Source of the DNA: Octopus vulgaris
Lineage: Eukaryota
Length of the DNA: 64,000 bases
Direction: 5' to 3'
Assembly: GCA_951406725.2 (NCBI GenBank)
Contig: OX597814.1
Span: 223,014,001 to 223,078,000, forward strand
Shown: positions 41,095 to 55,020 of the stretch, one piece after another
Numbering within the stretch: the first letter of the stretch is position 1
Layout of the letters: each line of letters starts with the position of its first letter
Notes under the pieces: generated by a model
What the model saw: the letters and a program-made list of their open reading frames with translations, nothing else
Told to the model about the DNA's origin: nothing
The model's database searches: none
Translations under genes and position numbers: made by a program

Positions 41095-43214
41095 TATACA
41101 TACACACACATATACACATTACATATATATATATATAATGAATAAATACATATATCTAAATATACACACATATATATGTTGTGTTATTGGGTCTGTGTGT
41201 GTTTGTATGTGTGTGTGAGTGCGTGTTTGTGTGCGTGTTATATGAATACGAACACACAGAAGCACTCTTATAAATGCAAATAGTCGTGGTAGTGTATTTG
41301 CAAATATTGTTGAGTTGAAATTAACTTTACGAATAAAACTAAAAATAAATCGACCGCTGTATCATCCGACTACGCCGGAATTAATTCCACAAGCCACATC
41401 CGGCTGAAATTTGTCGTCTGGCTTGATATTTAAAGTAGTACTTTATACACGCGTATATACGTCCGTGTAACCTCCCGCGCCTGTATATATATGTGTGTGT
41501 GTGTCTGTCTGTCTGTCTGTCTGTATGTGTGTGTGTGTCTGTATGTATGTATGTGTGTGTGTGTGTGTGTATATATGTGTGTGTGTGTGTGTGTATGCGT
41601 ACCTAGTCACACACAAGCCTGCACACTAATACACGAAGTCTCACACACACAGGAAACGATAGCAATAAATATCTTGCAAATATAACTTTATTTTTTCTTG
41701 AAAATGATAGAACTTGCTAAATATGATGTGGATATCTATTAGAGAAAGAATGTAATGAAATAATACGAATAGCTAAGTATAATGAAGCTGTCCGCTTAGG
41801 AAGGTATTGCACACCTCAATGTCTTGCTGTTGATGCTAGAAATAAGATATTCTCGTAAAAATATTTGTAATTTATTTTATCCTTTAGTTGTTGCAGTCAT
41901 TGGCCGGTGGCCAGGTAAGAGCTCAACCTCGGAAGATTTTGGTCGAACGAATCGACCCCAATACTTTTATTTTAAATCCTGGTAATTATTTTATTGATCT
42001 ATATTGCCAAACCGCTAGGTTACGGCAGCGTAAACAAACCAACAGCCGTTGTCAAGGCGGCAGATTTAAGATACGAGAAATTTTATTAATCACGACAATC
42101 CTTTCGTCATACCCTTATCATTGATCCCTCACGGACGGGTTACTTAACAACTGGTTCAGGAGCATCCGATGGTGTCTCTTCGGGTGATAGATAGATGCAA
42201 CTCATTAAAATAACAGTTCCGCAACGTATTTTGTCATTGCTTGTAAAGAAAAGCTGCAAAACAAAGGATATATCTTCATTTATATAGACGATCAAAAATA
42301 AAACAACCTGCAGAAAAAGAAACGAACACGCAATACACCGAGATAAGTAATGAAAATAACTGTTAACGGATATGGATCTATAAACGCCCTCGCGCAAGCT
42401 GCATGGCGTATGTAGCCCGCTCATACAAGCATCCACGAAGATGCAAGCATACACATACGTGTGGTTTGATGGACACACGTTCACATAGCTAGTTAAATAG
42501 CTACTTACTGTTTATAAAAACGAGAAGGCTAAAGCTAAACTTATTTCATCCATACCTTAAAGTAAATTATGTTAACAGTTAGTGGAGTAATATGTATGAA
42601 GCGCAGTACACTCATCTTGACTACCCGTCTGATAAGGGTACACCAGCCACATACATCACAACCATATGTGCGTGACATGGTGATATCATATATAAGTGTA
42701 TAAGCACACACACACACACAACACGTGAGAGATTCTCTCAGAGTTTCTACCTACCAAATCCTCTCACAACTCTTTGATCACCCCAGGGCTATAGTAGTAT
42801 ACAGATGCCCAAAGTGTGCTGTGGGACTAAACATGGAATCATATTGTTGGGAGGCAAACTTCTTACCAAACAGTCACGCTTGCGCCTGTATGTATACAAT
42901 AATCACGAATGTTTGTCTGATCGTCGTAATTCTCCGTTGTCATTTTCGAGTACTCAATAAATTCGTCACAGAAGTCAGGTGCATCTTACAATAATATATG
43001 TTTTAAAAAATGTCGACTGCGCTATTCTTTTGAGGTAAAAAATGATATTAGAAATAAAGAAAATCGTAAAGGAAAGAGATAGTGGGCTATGAAGAAATAT
43101 GTCAGTTTGTAACGTCAACATTTCTTTTGCTTGTGGCAAAAGATAAGGTATGTTCAATAAGATTAAAAGTACTTCTCTTTTTGGCCAAGCTATCATCAAT
43201 TTCTCCAAGTACTA

Positions 43215-43690
43215 TTTGAAGAGAAAGATTTTGCCAATGAGAGGTGAAAAGATTTCTTGGAAGATAAATCCTGTCCACATCTGATTTTGAATTGTGCATT
43301 CGGGTACCTTATAAGGATTTTACAGCTCTTTCCTCCCATATTCTGCACGTCAGTGAGACTTCACTTAATGATACCAAAGCTAGAGGTGGTTACTGGTATG
43401 GTCAAAGAAGTGATCGCATTAATTATGTTAGCAGCATTTAATTCTGAGTTTAGAACCATATTTACCCCTCGGTAGCATTCCTTGCGTATTTTTTTCATTT
43501 TAAAGTGCTGGATACCATCACCTTCATTGGTTCCCACATATTTGTATACTTCGCATTGGTCTAGGTTTCGAATAGCAGTGGTAGTATCAAGTTCTATGTT
43601 TTCTACCTTTATGAACTTACCTACCTTGTAAGTGGGCTTTGCACATTTATCAAGTCCGAATTTCATACCTATATCAGAGCTAAATTCTTG
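43215..43690 (-). mobile_element. R4/Dong-like RT C-terminal fragment
   Basis: DIGMKFGLDKCA...YKYVG...NSELNAAN...AI. Confidence 0.85.
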
Positions 43691-43716
43691 TGATAGTGGT
43701 GGTGGTGGTGGTGGTG

Positions 43717-43788
<72 letters not shown>

Positions 43789-45149
43789 ATAGTAGTAGTA
43801 GTAGTAGTAGTAGTAGTAGAATGCTCTAAGTTCAAATCCCACTAATGTCTCATTGCTTTTCATCACTATGGGTTTGATAAAATAAAATACCTCTCGAGAT
43901 TTGGGTCAATGATATCGAATACCTCCCCAAACTACTAGACTTGTTCTAAAATTTGAAACCAATAATAAGGTTCTAACTGTTGTTGTTGTTGGTGGTGGTG
44001 GTGGTGGAGTTCGTGCAGAATTGATTCTCAGTTATAAACATGAGATGCCATGGGGAATATGACACTTCATAGACAATCTGCGCAGCAGGTGGGTTTACAA
44101 TATTGACAAGTTAACTACAAAACCTGTCGACGTTCTTCGTCTCATTGACTTCGATCAGCATGTCTTTGTAATTCTTCAGCTCTGTCTGTGATTATTAAAA
44201 AGGCATTTGTTACGAAGAAAGTCGTTGTGTCGATAAGAGAGCTTATCTTACCCCTAGTCTTTGCTAACGTAGTCAGGATGGTTAATTTGAAGTTTTGTAT
44301 CACAGAATTGGCGTATTTTTGACATATCATTGTAGTATTACTACTTTGCTTTGACGATGTAATACAGAGATATATTCCGCTGCACATATTTTACTGCTTC
44401 TTTTACACCTGTAAACTAATTAAATCTTCAATAGTTGCAAGCATCAAATGCAATGTGGTCGATTTTAAATTTATAAGTTCCGCGTATTCTATCATTGAGG
44501 TTCTGTTCATCAAGAATGGAACAATCGCACAATGCTAGCATCTACTTGCGAAAATTCAGGTAGTTATTTCTGCATCCTTTTCATTATTCCCATGCTTCAG
44601 CATCCATTTTACAAATTTCCTGTACTGAAACCTGGTTGTAATGATTTTGCTTTCAGGTTCATTCATTTGACATCAAAATTAGTCGCTGCGTTTTACTTTA
44701 GTAGCGGTTTAAGGACATAAATATTCGGAATTTCATTGCATCTTTCTTGATAGAAGAGCTTTGCATCCGAGCTTTTACAATTCACAGAGGTGGGTCATGA
44801 GCGTTTGCTAGGTATGCGACCAGTCCAATAGCATAATCTTGAATGATATTTAATTTGAGCACCTTTTCCGAGGTGTTATTATTGTTATTATTATGATTAT
44901 TATTATTATTGTTGTTGTTGTTGTTGTTGCTATTATTACATAACTGTTTAATATTTGTTAGATTGAGAGAAATCTCTACTCCATCATCTGCTGCACCTCC
45001 GTGTTGCTGGAGTGTGTGCAGCATTGTTTGTTCTTTTCTACTGTTGGGACTGTGCGAACTTCCTGGTACTGTATTGTCTTAGCATTTTTTGTTCTTGAGG
45101 TGTGGTGCAGTCTTTTGTTATGTTACTGTTTGTATCGTGTGTTGAGTAT

Positions 45150-47035
45150 GTAATGGAAAATAAGAAATCCTAACATCGGGCTACAAGTAAGCTCATATGC
45201 CAAGAACCTTTCTAAATATCGTAGTTGTCCCTTATAACACTGTTTTCTGGAACTGTACTAAACTGGGTTTTATGCCTATTTCTATCCATCTGTTCAAATC
45301 TTTAGGGATAGTTCGCAATGCACCTATAACTACTGGGATACCCACACTTTCCATAGTCTCTGTAATTCAATGGCTAGGTCAATTAACTTTGCTATTTTTT
45401 CTATATTGATTTTTTTTGTCATTTGGGACTGTAAAGTCAATTATCTAGCATTTTCTAATCTCTTTCTCCATTACTACTAAATCAGGCTTTCTAGCTTTTA
45501 TTACTCTGTCAGTCTAAATGTGAAAGTCCCACAACATCTTGTATTTCCTACTTTCTAGTACCTTACTAGGTTCATGTTCATACAATTTATCAGTAGGTTC
45601 AAATCCTAGCTTTCTATATAACTCCTAGTGGATTACTCTCCCTAGGTTGTCATCATGGCTTTTCTTGTGTTCTTTCTGTACCAGCATACAAGATTCACTT
45701 ACTATATTATTATTATTTATTGTCTTCGCACATATATCACTGGAGATGTCCTATGGTGCCAGCTATTTCACTACCAGTGAACTAAGGTAACACCTCTTAT
45801 TTATCGAGCACCTTCCGGAGTATTCGAGCGGTTGCAAGCAGTGCTATTTTCTTCAAGTTTTCCTTCCTTATTGCAGCCACTCTTTGTTCCAAGTACTTCT
45901 TAAGATATTTACTCACTGTTCCCAGGGCTCCCACAATTATTGATATTACTACCACCTTTTTCATCGATCACAACTGCTTAACCCCCAAGCAAACCTGTCA
46001 TATTTATCGACCTTTCTTTCTTCCTTATTACATAACTTGTTGTCAGCTGGGCATACTATATCTATGATCCAGTATAGTTTGCTTCCTTTCTCAATTACAA
46101 CTATGTCTGGTTTCCTATTCTCTGTCTCATGGTCGCACTGAATCATAAAATCCCATCAGGATCTTTGAATTACCATTTTCGATGATGCCTTCGTGTTTAT
46201 ATTTGTACCACTTTTTGCTCTGTCAAGTCCATACTTGTTGCAAACTCTCCAATGGACAATCCTTGCTATATTGTCATGACGTCTTTTATATTCTTTCTGG
46301 GCTAATGCCGTACATTGACTGGTTATATACGAAACGGTTTCACTATTTTTTCCACAGATTCTGCACTTATCACTTTCTGATGTGTTGTCTATTTTGTATT
46401 TTGTGTAATTTGTTCTTAGGGCTTGCTCTTGGGCAACATATATTAGACCAACCAATTTGGTAGGTATCTAAGAGATCAGTAGCGAATTTTTTGCTCTCTT
46501 TCAGAATAGAGTGAAGTTTTTGCGGTCTTTCATATTTTTCAACAAGTTTTAGCACCCAATCGTTGGTTGTTTCAAGGTATTTGGTCCTATTATCATTATT
46601 ATTATTTTATTTAAGACGCCGCATGGTATCCAATATCATGCTGTTGTTGATTGAAAATACTGTGTCTACCGGGGGTTTATACTGTCTGTCAAGTCACAAC
46701 AAGGATCTCATTCAGACACTACTTTACGTAATATGCATGCAAATCCAAGTATGCCGATTTTTGCAATACACCAAGACTGTAGGGTATTTCTAAATTTTCC
46801 AGATGTTTTTCAGCATGGGTAGTAATGAACCAAATGCTCTGATGACAACAAGGACAACTTTTATGTTTGGCTCTCGTAGCTGCCCACATCTTGGCGATCT
46901 CAATTCTCAGGTCTCCATGTTAATCAACTTTTTCTGTTTCTTTCATGATAATATGCTGATCTCCTGGCACTGTCACGTCGATTATTAGGCATTCTTGTTT
47001 GTCCCTCCTAAAGGCTACTATATCCGGCATTTCTA
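45150..47035 (-). mobile_element. Cluster of at least three R4/Dong-like 3' fragments
   Basis: AQEQALRTN...CRICG...ETVSYITSQC..LAQKEYKRRHD and RKPDIVV...IID motifs; further LWDF...KPDL and VLVVIRAFG tails. Confidence 0.85.
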
Positions 47036-47238
47036 AAGGTTACTTGTTTGTCCCACCTAATGGTTACTATAACCGACCTTCGGTGCCCTAACTCCTTGAC
47101 TCTCGGAAGTCAAAGTCCCAGAGTATTTTTGTCTTCCTCTTTCCGTCCATTACCTTTTCCGGTCTATGTTGGTATCATGAACCTTTTACCTTATACCCAT
47201 ACTTCCGGCATAGTAGCTAGTGGAAGTTGTGGGCTACC

Positions 47239-47305
<67 letters not shown>

Positions 47306-47321
47306 CAGTAGGAGTAGTAGT

Positions 47322-47410
<89 letters not shown>

Positions 47411-47427
47411 CCGCAGCAGTAGTAGTA
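47239..47427. repeat. Compound (ATT)/(AGT)/(AGC) microsatellite
   Basis: Direct reading. Confidence 0.95.
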
Positions 47428-48974
47428 CATGACAAAGTGATTACATAAAGAATCAGTAAGTGAACTGGTTGAATGTTTAACTAGTTCACTACTAATAATA
47501 AAAGAAGTGAAATAGAACGAGCGCGTGTATTTTTCTTATTATTATTTATTATTGATATACTGACCCTCCCAAAAATCAACAGAATTTGTTTCAACAGAAG
47601 ACTTCATATCAATCGTCTTGCAAACGCGAAATATCCCCTCTTTTACTATCTTTAAAAGAGACCATTTTACCAGAAGGTGGTGATAATGGTGATGGTGGTG
47701 GTGGTCATGGTGGTGGTGGTGGTGGTGCTGCTGCTGTTGTTGTTGTTAAGAAACAAGACAGGTAAGGGTGATTAGGTGGTGGTCTAGGGCTTAGGGGTGG
47801 GAGACCCCAGACCTTAGGAAAAAAAAAACTTTGGTCGTCTTGTTGTAGTCGAGGGCTCATCGTTGACGCCTGACACCACTGGAAGGTGGAGCTCGAAGTC
47901 GCTGGAAACGGAGATCCCCAGGTCCAAATTCTTGAACGGCTGCTGCTGCTACTGCTGCTGCTGTTGGCTTTGCTGTTTGTGGTGGGTTTGGTGGCTGTAG
48001 TTGTATTTGGTGGTTGTGTTGATCCTGTTTATGATAATTCTGTCACTCTTCTTGCTTACATCTCCATTGCTTTCGTTCTGTTTTCTATGTTAACAAGAGC
48101 AGAAGCAGGCAACGGCAATAATATTGATTTCTGAGATTAGCACGAGGTCACACATTCGGGCGGGGAAGTGTATAGTCGATTAGTTTGACTTCGGTATTTG
48201 ACTGATACTCGTTTTATTGCTACCGGAAAGATGAACGGCAAAGTAGATCTCGACGTGATTTGAACAACAATATTAACAACAACAACAACAATAATAATAA
48301 TAATAGCAAGATAAAGAAACAAAAATCTACAACAACACCAGTAACAACAAAGCTGAAGTTACTTAACATAAACAACAATATCAACAGCAAATTAGAACAA
48401 TGCAATCAGCACCGATAAATAAAAACTTTGATATGGATAGCTCGTGTAATAATAGTGATACAGCCACAATTAACAACAATAACAATACAAGCAGAAAATC
48501 AGTGTCTAATAAAATAGATCGAATAAATAATAGACCATCTGACGACGGAAAAATAAATCAGGCATCAGAAAATCGTTTTAACAAGAGAATCACAATAATA
48601 ATAACAACAACAATACTATAAGTAAAGAACAGCAGCAGCAGCCGCAGCAGCAACAACAGAAATCAGCTTAAAGAGCGACAGCAATTGAAGCTTGAATGAA
48701 GTGATTGTAAAAAAACAAAAAAAAACAAGAAAAAAACAAATAAAAAGACAAAAAATACAAGCACCATTGGTACTGTTATGTATACCAAACCAATCACATC
48801 GTTAACGACAACAGCTACAACAAAAACAACAACAACAACAACAACAACGATAATGGCAACAAGAATAATTGCAACATCATTAAACAAATCGGCGACATCA
48901 GGGCACCTACCGAGACAGTAGCAATATCAGCACCGGCAATTTACAGCCTCGATACCATCAGCATCTCCAGTAAA

Positions 48975-49393
<419 letters not shown>

Positions 49394-50084
49394 CGCTGGT
49401 ACTGCTGCTGTTGTTAGAACTGCTACTGTTACCACCACAATAACTGCTAATAATAATAATACTAATGATAGTAATAATGTTAAAACTACTATTATTAATG
49501 ACAGCAACGACTATTATTTCTACCGCTACCACCACCACCAGCACCACCAGCACCACCACCGCACCATCACCACGACCACCACGTAACAGCTCCATCAATA
49601 TCCTTGGCAAATATATTAGAAATGCAGCGACAAAAACAAGGCCGCGGTATAATACAACGATTTATTCAACAGCAACAACCGTGGTTATGATGGGTTCTTC
49701 TGAAAAATGTCTTATTGACTGGTTCTTTAGTATGATATCATTCTAAAATGCTAACACACATTATGTACTCTTCTCTCTGACTATCGCCGTCCCATTCTCT
49801 TTACACTTTATTTCTTTCAATCTTCTCTACTATCATATAACTTCTCTCCAATAAGATATCATTCTCTCAGCAAGTCAGTTTTTTATGAATGCTCACATGA
49901 AATGTATACATATATACATATATACATATATATATAGATATATATATATATATATATATATAAACACAACAAAATTTATATGCACTTGTGTAACCCGTTA
50001 CATTGTGCATACATAGCTATATTTACGTAAATGACATGTGTGTGTATGTGTCGCAATATATATGTAATATGTAGTCTGTATGTG

Positions 50085-51100
50085 AACACGCAACATAGTT
50101 TCCGGCAAGGGAAGAGCTGCCTCGCACAGCTACAACAACTTTATGATTGGGTACTGAACCATCAGCTCAACCACTTAAGTGTGGACGTGATATATCTCGA
50201 CGTTGCCAAGGCCTTAAACAAAGTTGATCATTGGATGATATGTCACAAACTTCGTGACCTTGGTATCAATGGAAAACTGACAGTGACTGCGCGACTTTTT
50301 AAATGACAGAAGCCAGGCAACTGCAGCCAATGGTGGTCTTTTAGGATGACATCAATCCGCAACGGAGTTCCTTAGGAACGATACTAGGATCATTACTATT
50401 TATAGCGGTTCTCCCAGACATGCACTCAGCCGTACAGTCAGCAACTCTCACGTGCTGCACTGATGATAAAAAAGTATCTCAGGTGGGCAAGGACTCTGAT
50501 GGCATTGTAAAACTGCAAAATGATTTGCACTCAATATACAAATGGGCTGATGAAAATAACATGCAATTCAAAGCCGATGAGTTTGAAGCACTATTTTATC
50601 GACCCAGAAATAGACTATAGTGGGAATATATAGGACAAGGGGCCAATGCAATCCCATAGGTAGGCTCGGTGCGTGACCTAGGAATCCACATAAGTTGTGA
50701 TACATCATTCCAGGATGGCAACACTGTGCAAGCTAGCAGCTGGATAGGTTCTTAGATCATTCAGAGCCAGAAGTAAGAATACCTTGCTACTCCTATGGAG
50801 GACATTTGCCCTCAGTCACCTGGATTACTGCTCCCAGAAGATCTTCAAAGAGAAAGCGAGAAATGACTGCAGAGATATACATGTGGACGATCCTGGAAGG
50901 TCGAGCACACAACTTTGGAATGTAAAGCTATATCAACTACGGAACTGGACGGCACTACATAAGATCAAAGACACCGTCTCGTTCATCTCAGATAAGGATC
51001 CAGTATTGTAACAGCTTGGGCTTCAGGAGAGCACAACTTTTTAACATCCTGCCAAGGAACCTAAAAGGTCTGGAAGGTATAGATGTGGAAACGTTCACAA
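50085..51100 (+). mobile_element. Decayed CR1/L2-group LINE RT
   Basis: QHSFRQGKSCLAQL...VDVIYLDVAKALNKVDH, GVP*G, CTDDKK, LQNDL..IYKWA..NNMQF and HLDYCSQ motifs. Confidence 0.85.
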
Positions 51101-51132
51101 AGCACATTCACACACGCACACACACACACACA

Positions 51133-51175
<43 letters not shown>

Positions 51176-51689
51176 ACACACACACACACTCACACACACA
51201 TATTATTTATCTATCTGTTATTCTTTTACTTGTTTCAGTCATTACTGGGTGACGTCCTTTAAGTGAGTATTGAAACAAATCGATACAACTGCATATTTTT
51301 AAAACCTAATAGTCATTTTATCCGTCGGTTTTAGCAGAACCTTTCAATCACGTGAACATAAACGAACCAACAGCAGTTGTCAAATATGCACATAATTACG
51401 CATGCACTGAACCACATACATACTGATACACACAAACATACGCACACGGAAACACACTTATGAATATATATATATATATATAATAATAAATATTAGGGAA
51501 TAAATCCAAACTTACAGGGAAAAATCAGATTTAGGATTGAATCCAATTTTATAGTAAAATATTATATTATATTAAATTAGAGACAAAACCACTATTAGGC
51601 AAATCAAACAAAGAAAGACTTAAGCCAATATATATGATTAATTTATATTATTTAAATATGTAACAATTATTAAAAAATATAATTAATAT

Positions 51690-51752
51690 CCACTACGATC
51701 GTTTCCTGCCTGCTGTCTTTAAATTTTTGAGTCGCAGTCATTCATCAGGTGG
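51690..51752 (-). ncRNA. Hammerhead ribozyme motif in an inverted-repeat mini-element (51483-51840)
   Basis: Minus strand: ccac CTGATGA atgactgc...gcaggcag GAAAC GATC GTA gtgg, with palindrome ACGATCGT. 45-bp inverted repeat at 51564-51608 / 51793-51838. Confidence 0.75.
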
Positions 51753-52999
51753 TTTCAAAATTTTTCTTTGCGAGTTTTAAACAATGAACTAATTTGATTT
51801 GCCTAATAGTGGTTTTGTCTCTAATTTAATATAATATATATATGGCTGTGTGTGTGTATGTGTGTGTGTGTAGTTTGTGTGTGTGTGGTGTGTGTGTATG
51901 CGTTTGTATATATATACATACATACATATATAGATTACATATATAGATAGATACACACACATGACGATTGTTTTCCTGTTTTCGTCTGTCAGATTCACTT
52001 ACAAGGCAATGGCCAACGAAGAGCGACAGTAGAAAAACGGTGTCGAATCTAGCACACAGCAAAACTGAGCTCGAAGCATGTGAATGGGGAGCGAAGTTCT
52101 TAGCACACAATCACGCCTGCACCAGTGTGTTTACACACACACTCATATACATACGTGCACACACACGCACACACACATGCATGCATACACACATACATAC
52201 AGTTTATCTTCTGTGGCGCAGAATTGTGTTAGACGAATGCGAGAGGAGTGCTCAATATATGTTGCAATGTATATGGTTTGTTTCCATACAAAATTTATCA
52301 TATAATTTGAGTTTCATGCCACTACGATCTTCAGGTGATAACTGTTACAAAGATTTTCATAGCCGCGTTTGCAAACACAATTCCATTATACCATGTGTAT
52401 TTTGTGATCCATATTACAACCACCGCTATTTGAGATTTCATTAGTGATAATCAGTCACTTTTCACATTCTTTCTTTGAATCTAATTCCTCCACTAACAAC
52501 CGGTCTTCTCTCCTAATCTATCAATTTACAATCGATTCTCTTTCACTCTCTTTCAACCACTAACAGAACTGTAAATCGGGCTATTTTAAAGATAACAAAA
52601 GAAACTATATTTTCTTTTTGCATCCGGTTTGAAAGATGCTTGATGTGAAATTGCGTTTTGGAACAGATGTTGTTTCCTGTGTTTGCCATTCGGACTGCAC
52701 TGTAAAACCCTTACAACGACTCTTAATTTGAAGTAGCCAGTATTTTACGAGTTTTGATACTTGGTGCTATTTCTCTTTGATGCCACAACACACCTGCTGT
52801 GCCAACAAAAGGGAAGTTCAATCAAAATGATTCTGCTAAATCACAAGGAATTTTGGACAACTTGATCAATTTCAGATTTTATTCCCAGTTCTATCCCTAT
52901 TCTATGCAGGTCCTTAGTCCCTTTAGAGGCAATTAACTTCAAATTCTTGATGAACTTAACAATACGATCTCATATGCTTTCGCCATTTTCTATTCTACT

Positions 53000-53460
53000 T
53001 TGTGATCCAGAGCTCCAAGAACCTTCTCTCAAGATCTGTATGTCCCCGGAATGCATACCTCTGTGAAATCCTCTAAATATGTTGCGCCAACGTACTCTGC
53101 ACATAATCTCCATCGTGGAGCATTTATCAGGTACCTTCTGTACAGGTTCATTGATATAGAGAGAATATCGTACCCTAATAAGAACAGAAAAGAGAAGCTA
53201 AATGGCCCCAAGCCACAAAATGTAAGTGAAGTGATTTTCAACCTTGGTAAGTCCCAATTTCTGCAGTTCCCTTTTAATCTAATGTACATCGCCTTGGAAT
53301 TTCATCGTTGCCTATAGAGGTGTCTAATTTCAGTTTGGACCATTTTCTGTTCTTTGGGTCCACGATCCAACAGCTGCAAGTGATTATTTCTGAAAACTTG
53401 TGGGTCAAAATATTAGTTTCCAATGAGAAGCCTTGAGCCTCAGCTATCACAGTATCACCA
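53000..53460 (-). mobile_element. Highly decayed R4/Dong-like 3' fragment
   Basis: Remnants IAEAQGFSLETN and ELQKLGL. Confidence 0.4.
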
Positions 53461-54739
53461 CTCTTTTGTAATCTGATTTTGTGAGTATACCTGCATCACT
53501 ACTCATTTCAGTTCTGTGGCCTTTATATACATGTACCATTGCAAAATTACACTTTGCACATTGAGCAGTCTGACCATGAGCTGTAGCTGTTATTTTGGCT
53601 GTAGCTGCTAAAATCTGTACATAGTCCTCTTGACATACACCTCGGTGAATTATAAAACCACCGCCAGAAGTATTTGCTCATTTGCTTCTAGATGTTTTTC
53701 ATACTTTCCACCGATGATTTACTTCATTGATAACTCTATTTTACTACATGAGGAATTTGGCCTTGAATTTAGCTGGTAAGCCTAATATCTCTATCAATCC
53801 TTGTCCTTCTCAACCAGTTGAATACTTGATCTACAGCGGTTGGAAAGCTGTACTAGAAATATTAAATAATCTACGGCAACATTTTACTGGGCTCTAAAGA
53901 TGATATAACGTTAATCTGAAATTAGAACCAGAAATTTCTTATCCGTTTTTCCATTCCTGAATATCTTGCCTGTACATAGTTGGAAGTTATTAAGCAGGCT
54001 CAAATATGAAGCCTGTGATTCATGGTTGGTGGTTGTCAGTATTCTCTCTCGTATTTTATGAGTAGAGATTAACGACCTATCAAAGACAAAGGTGGTAATA
54101 GAACCAATCTTGATGGCCTTTTCCCGAAGTTCCACTAGTGAGGTGTGTGAGGAACATTCTTGAACCAGAATCTAGATATTCCTGAGTAAAATGATGCATG
54201 GCTGCAGCTCTGGAACTGGAAGTAGTAAAGAATATACATATATACAATCAAAAGAAAAAATCAGCCAATCTATTTATCTACTCATCTATCTATTTCTTTA
54301 TCTATCTCTCTATTTTTCTATCTATCTTTGCATATTTACATAAAAACACACACACATATATATGCATATGTATATATGTATATATATATTTATATATATA
54401 AGTTTGTATAAATATATATAAATGGCGGTGCCCCAGCATGGCCACAGCTCATGAGCTGAAACTAGAATCAATCAATCAATCATATACACACACACACATA
54501 TATATATACATATATATACATATATATATACATATATATATATATACACATATATACATATTTATACATATTCATATACATATGTGTGTGTATTTTATGT
54601 AAATATATATAGGTAGATAGAAAAATAGATAGATAGGTTGATTTTTCTCTCGATTGATTTTTCTTTCGTTGTATTTGCAGAGGAATATATATGAAACTTC
54701 TTGTAACTCGCGTTTAAACACTATACACGTATACACTCA

Positions 54740-54791
54740 CATAGCTAGTTAGCTAGCTAGCTAGCTACCTACCTACCTACCACACATTCAT

Positions 54792-54826
<35 letters not shown>

Positions 54827-54845
54827 GAAAGAGAGAAAGAGATAA

Positions 54846-54924
<79 letters not shown>

Positions 54925-54930
54925 TAGATC

Positions 54931-55012
<82 letters not shown>

Positions 55013-55020
55013 AAGATAGA
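54740..55020. repeat. Compound CA/TA/GA/GATA microsatellite
   Basis: Direct reading. Confidence 0.95.
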
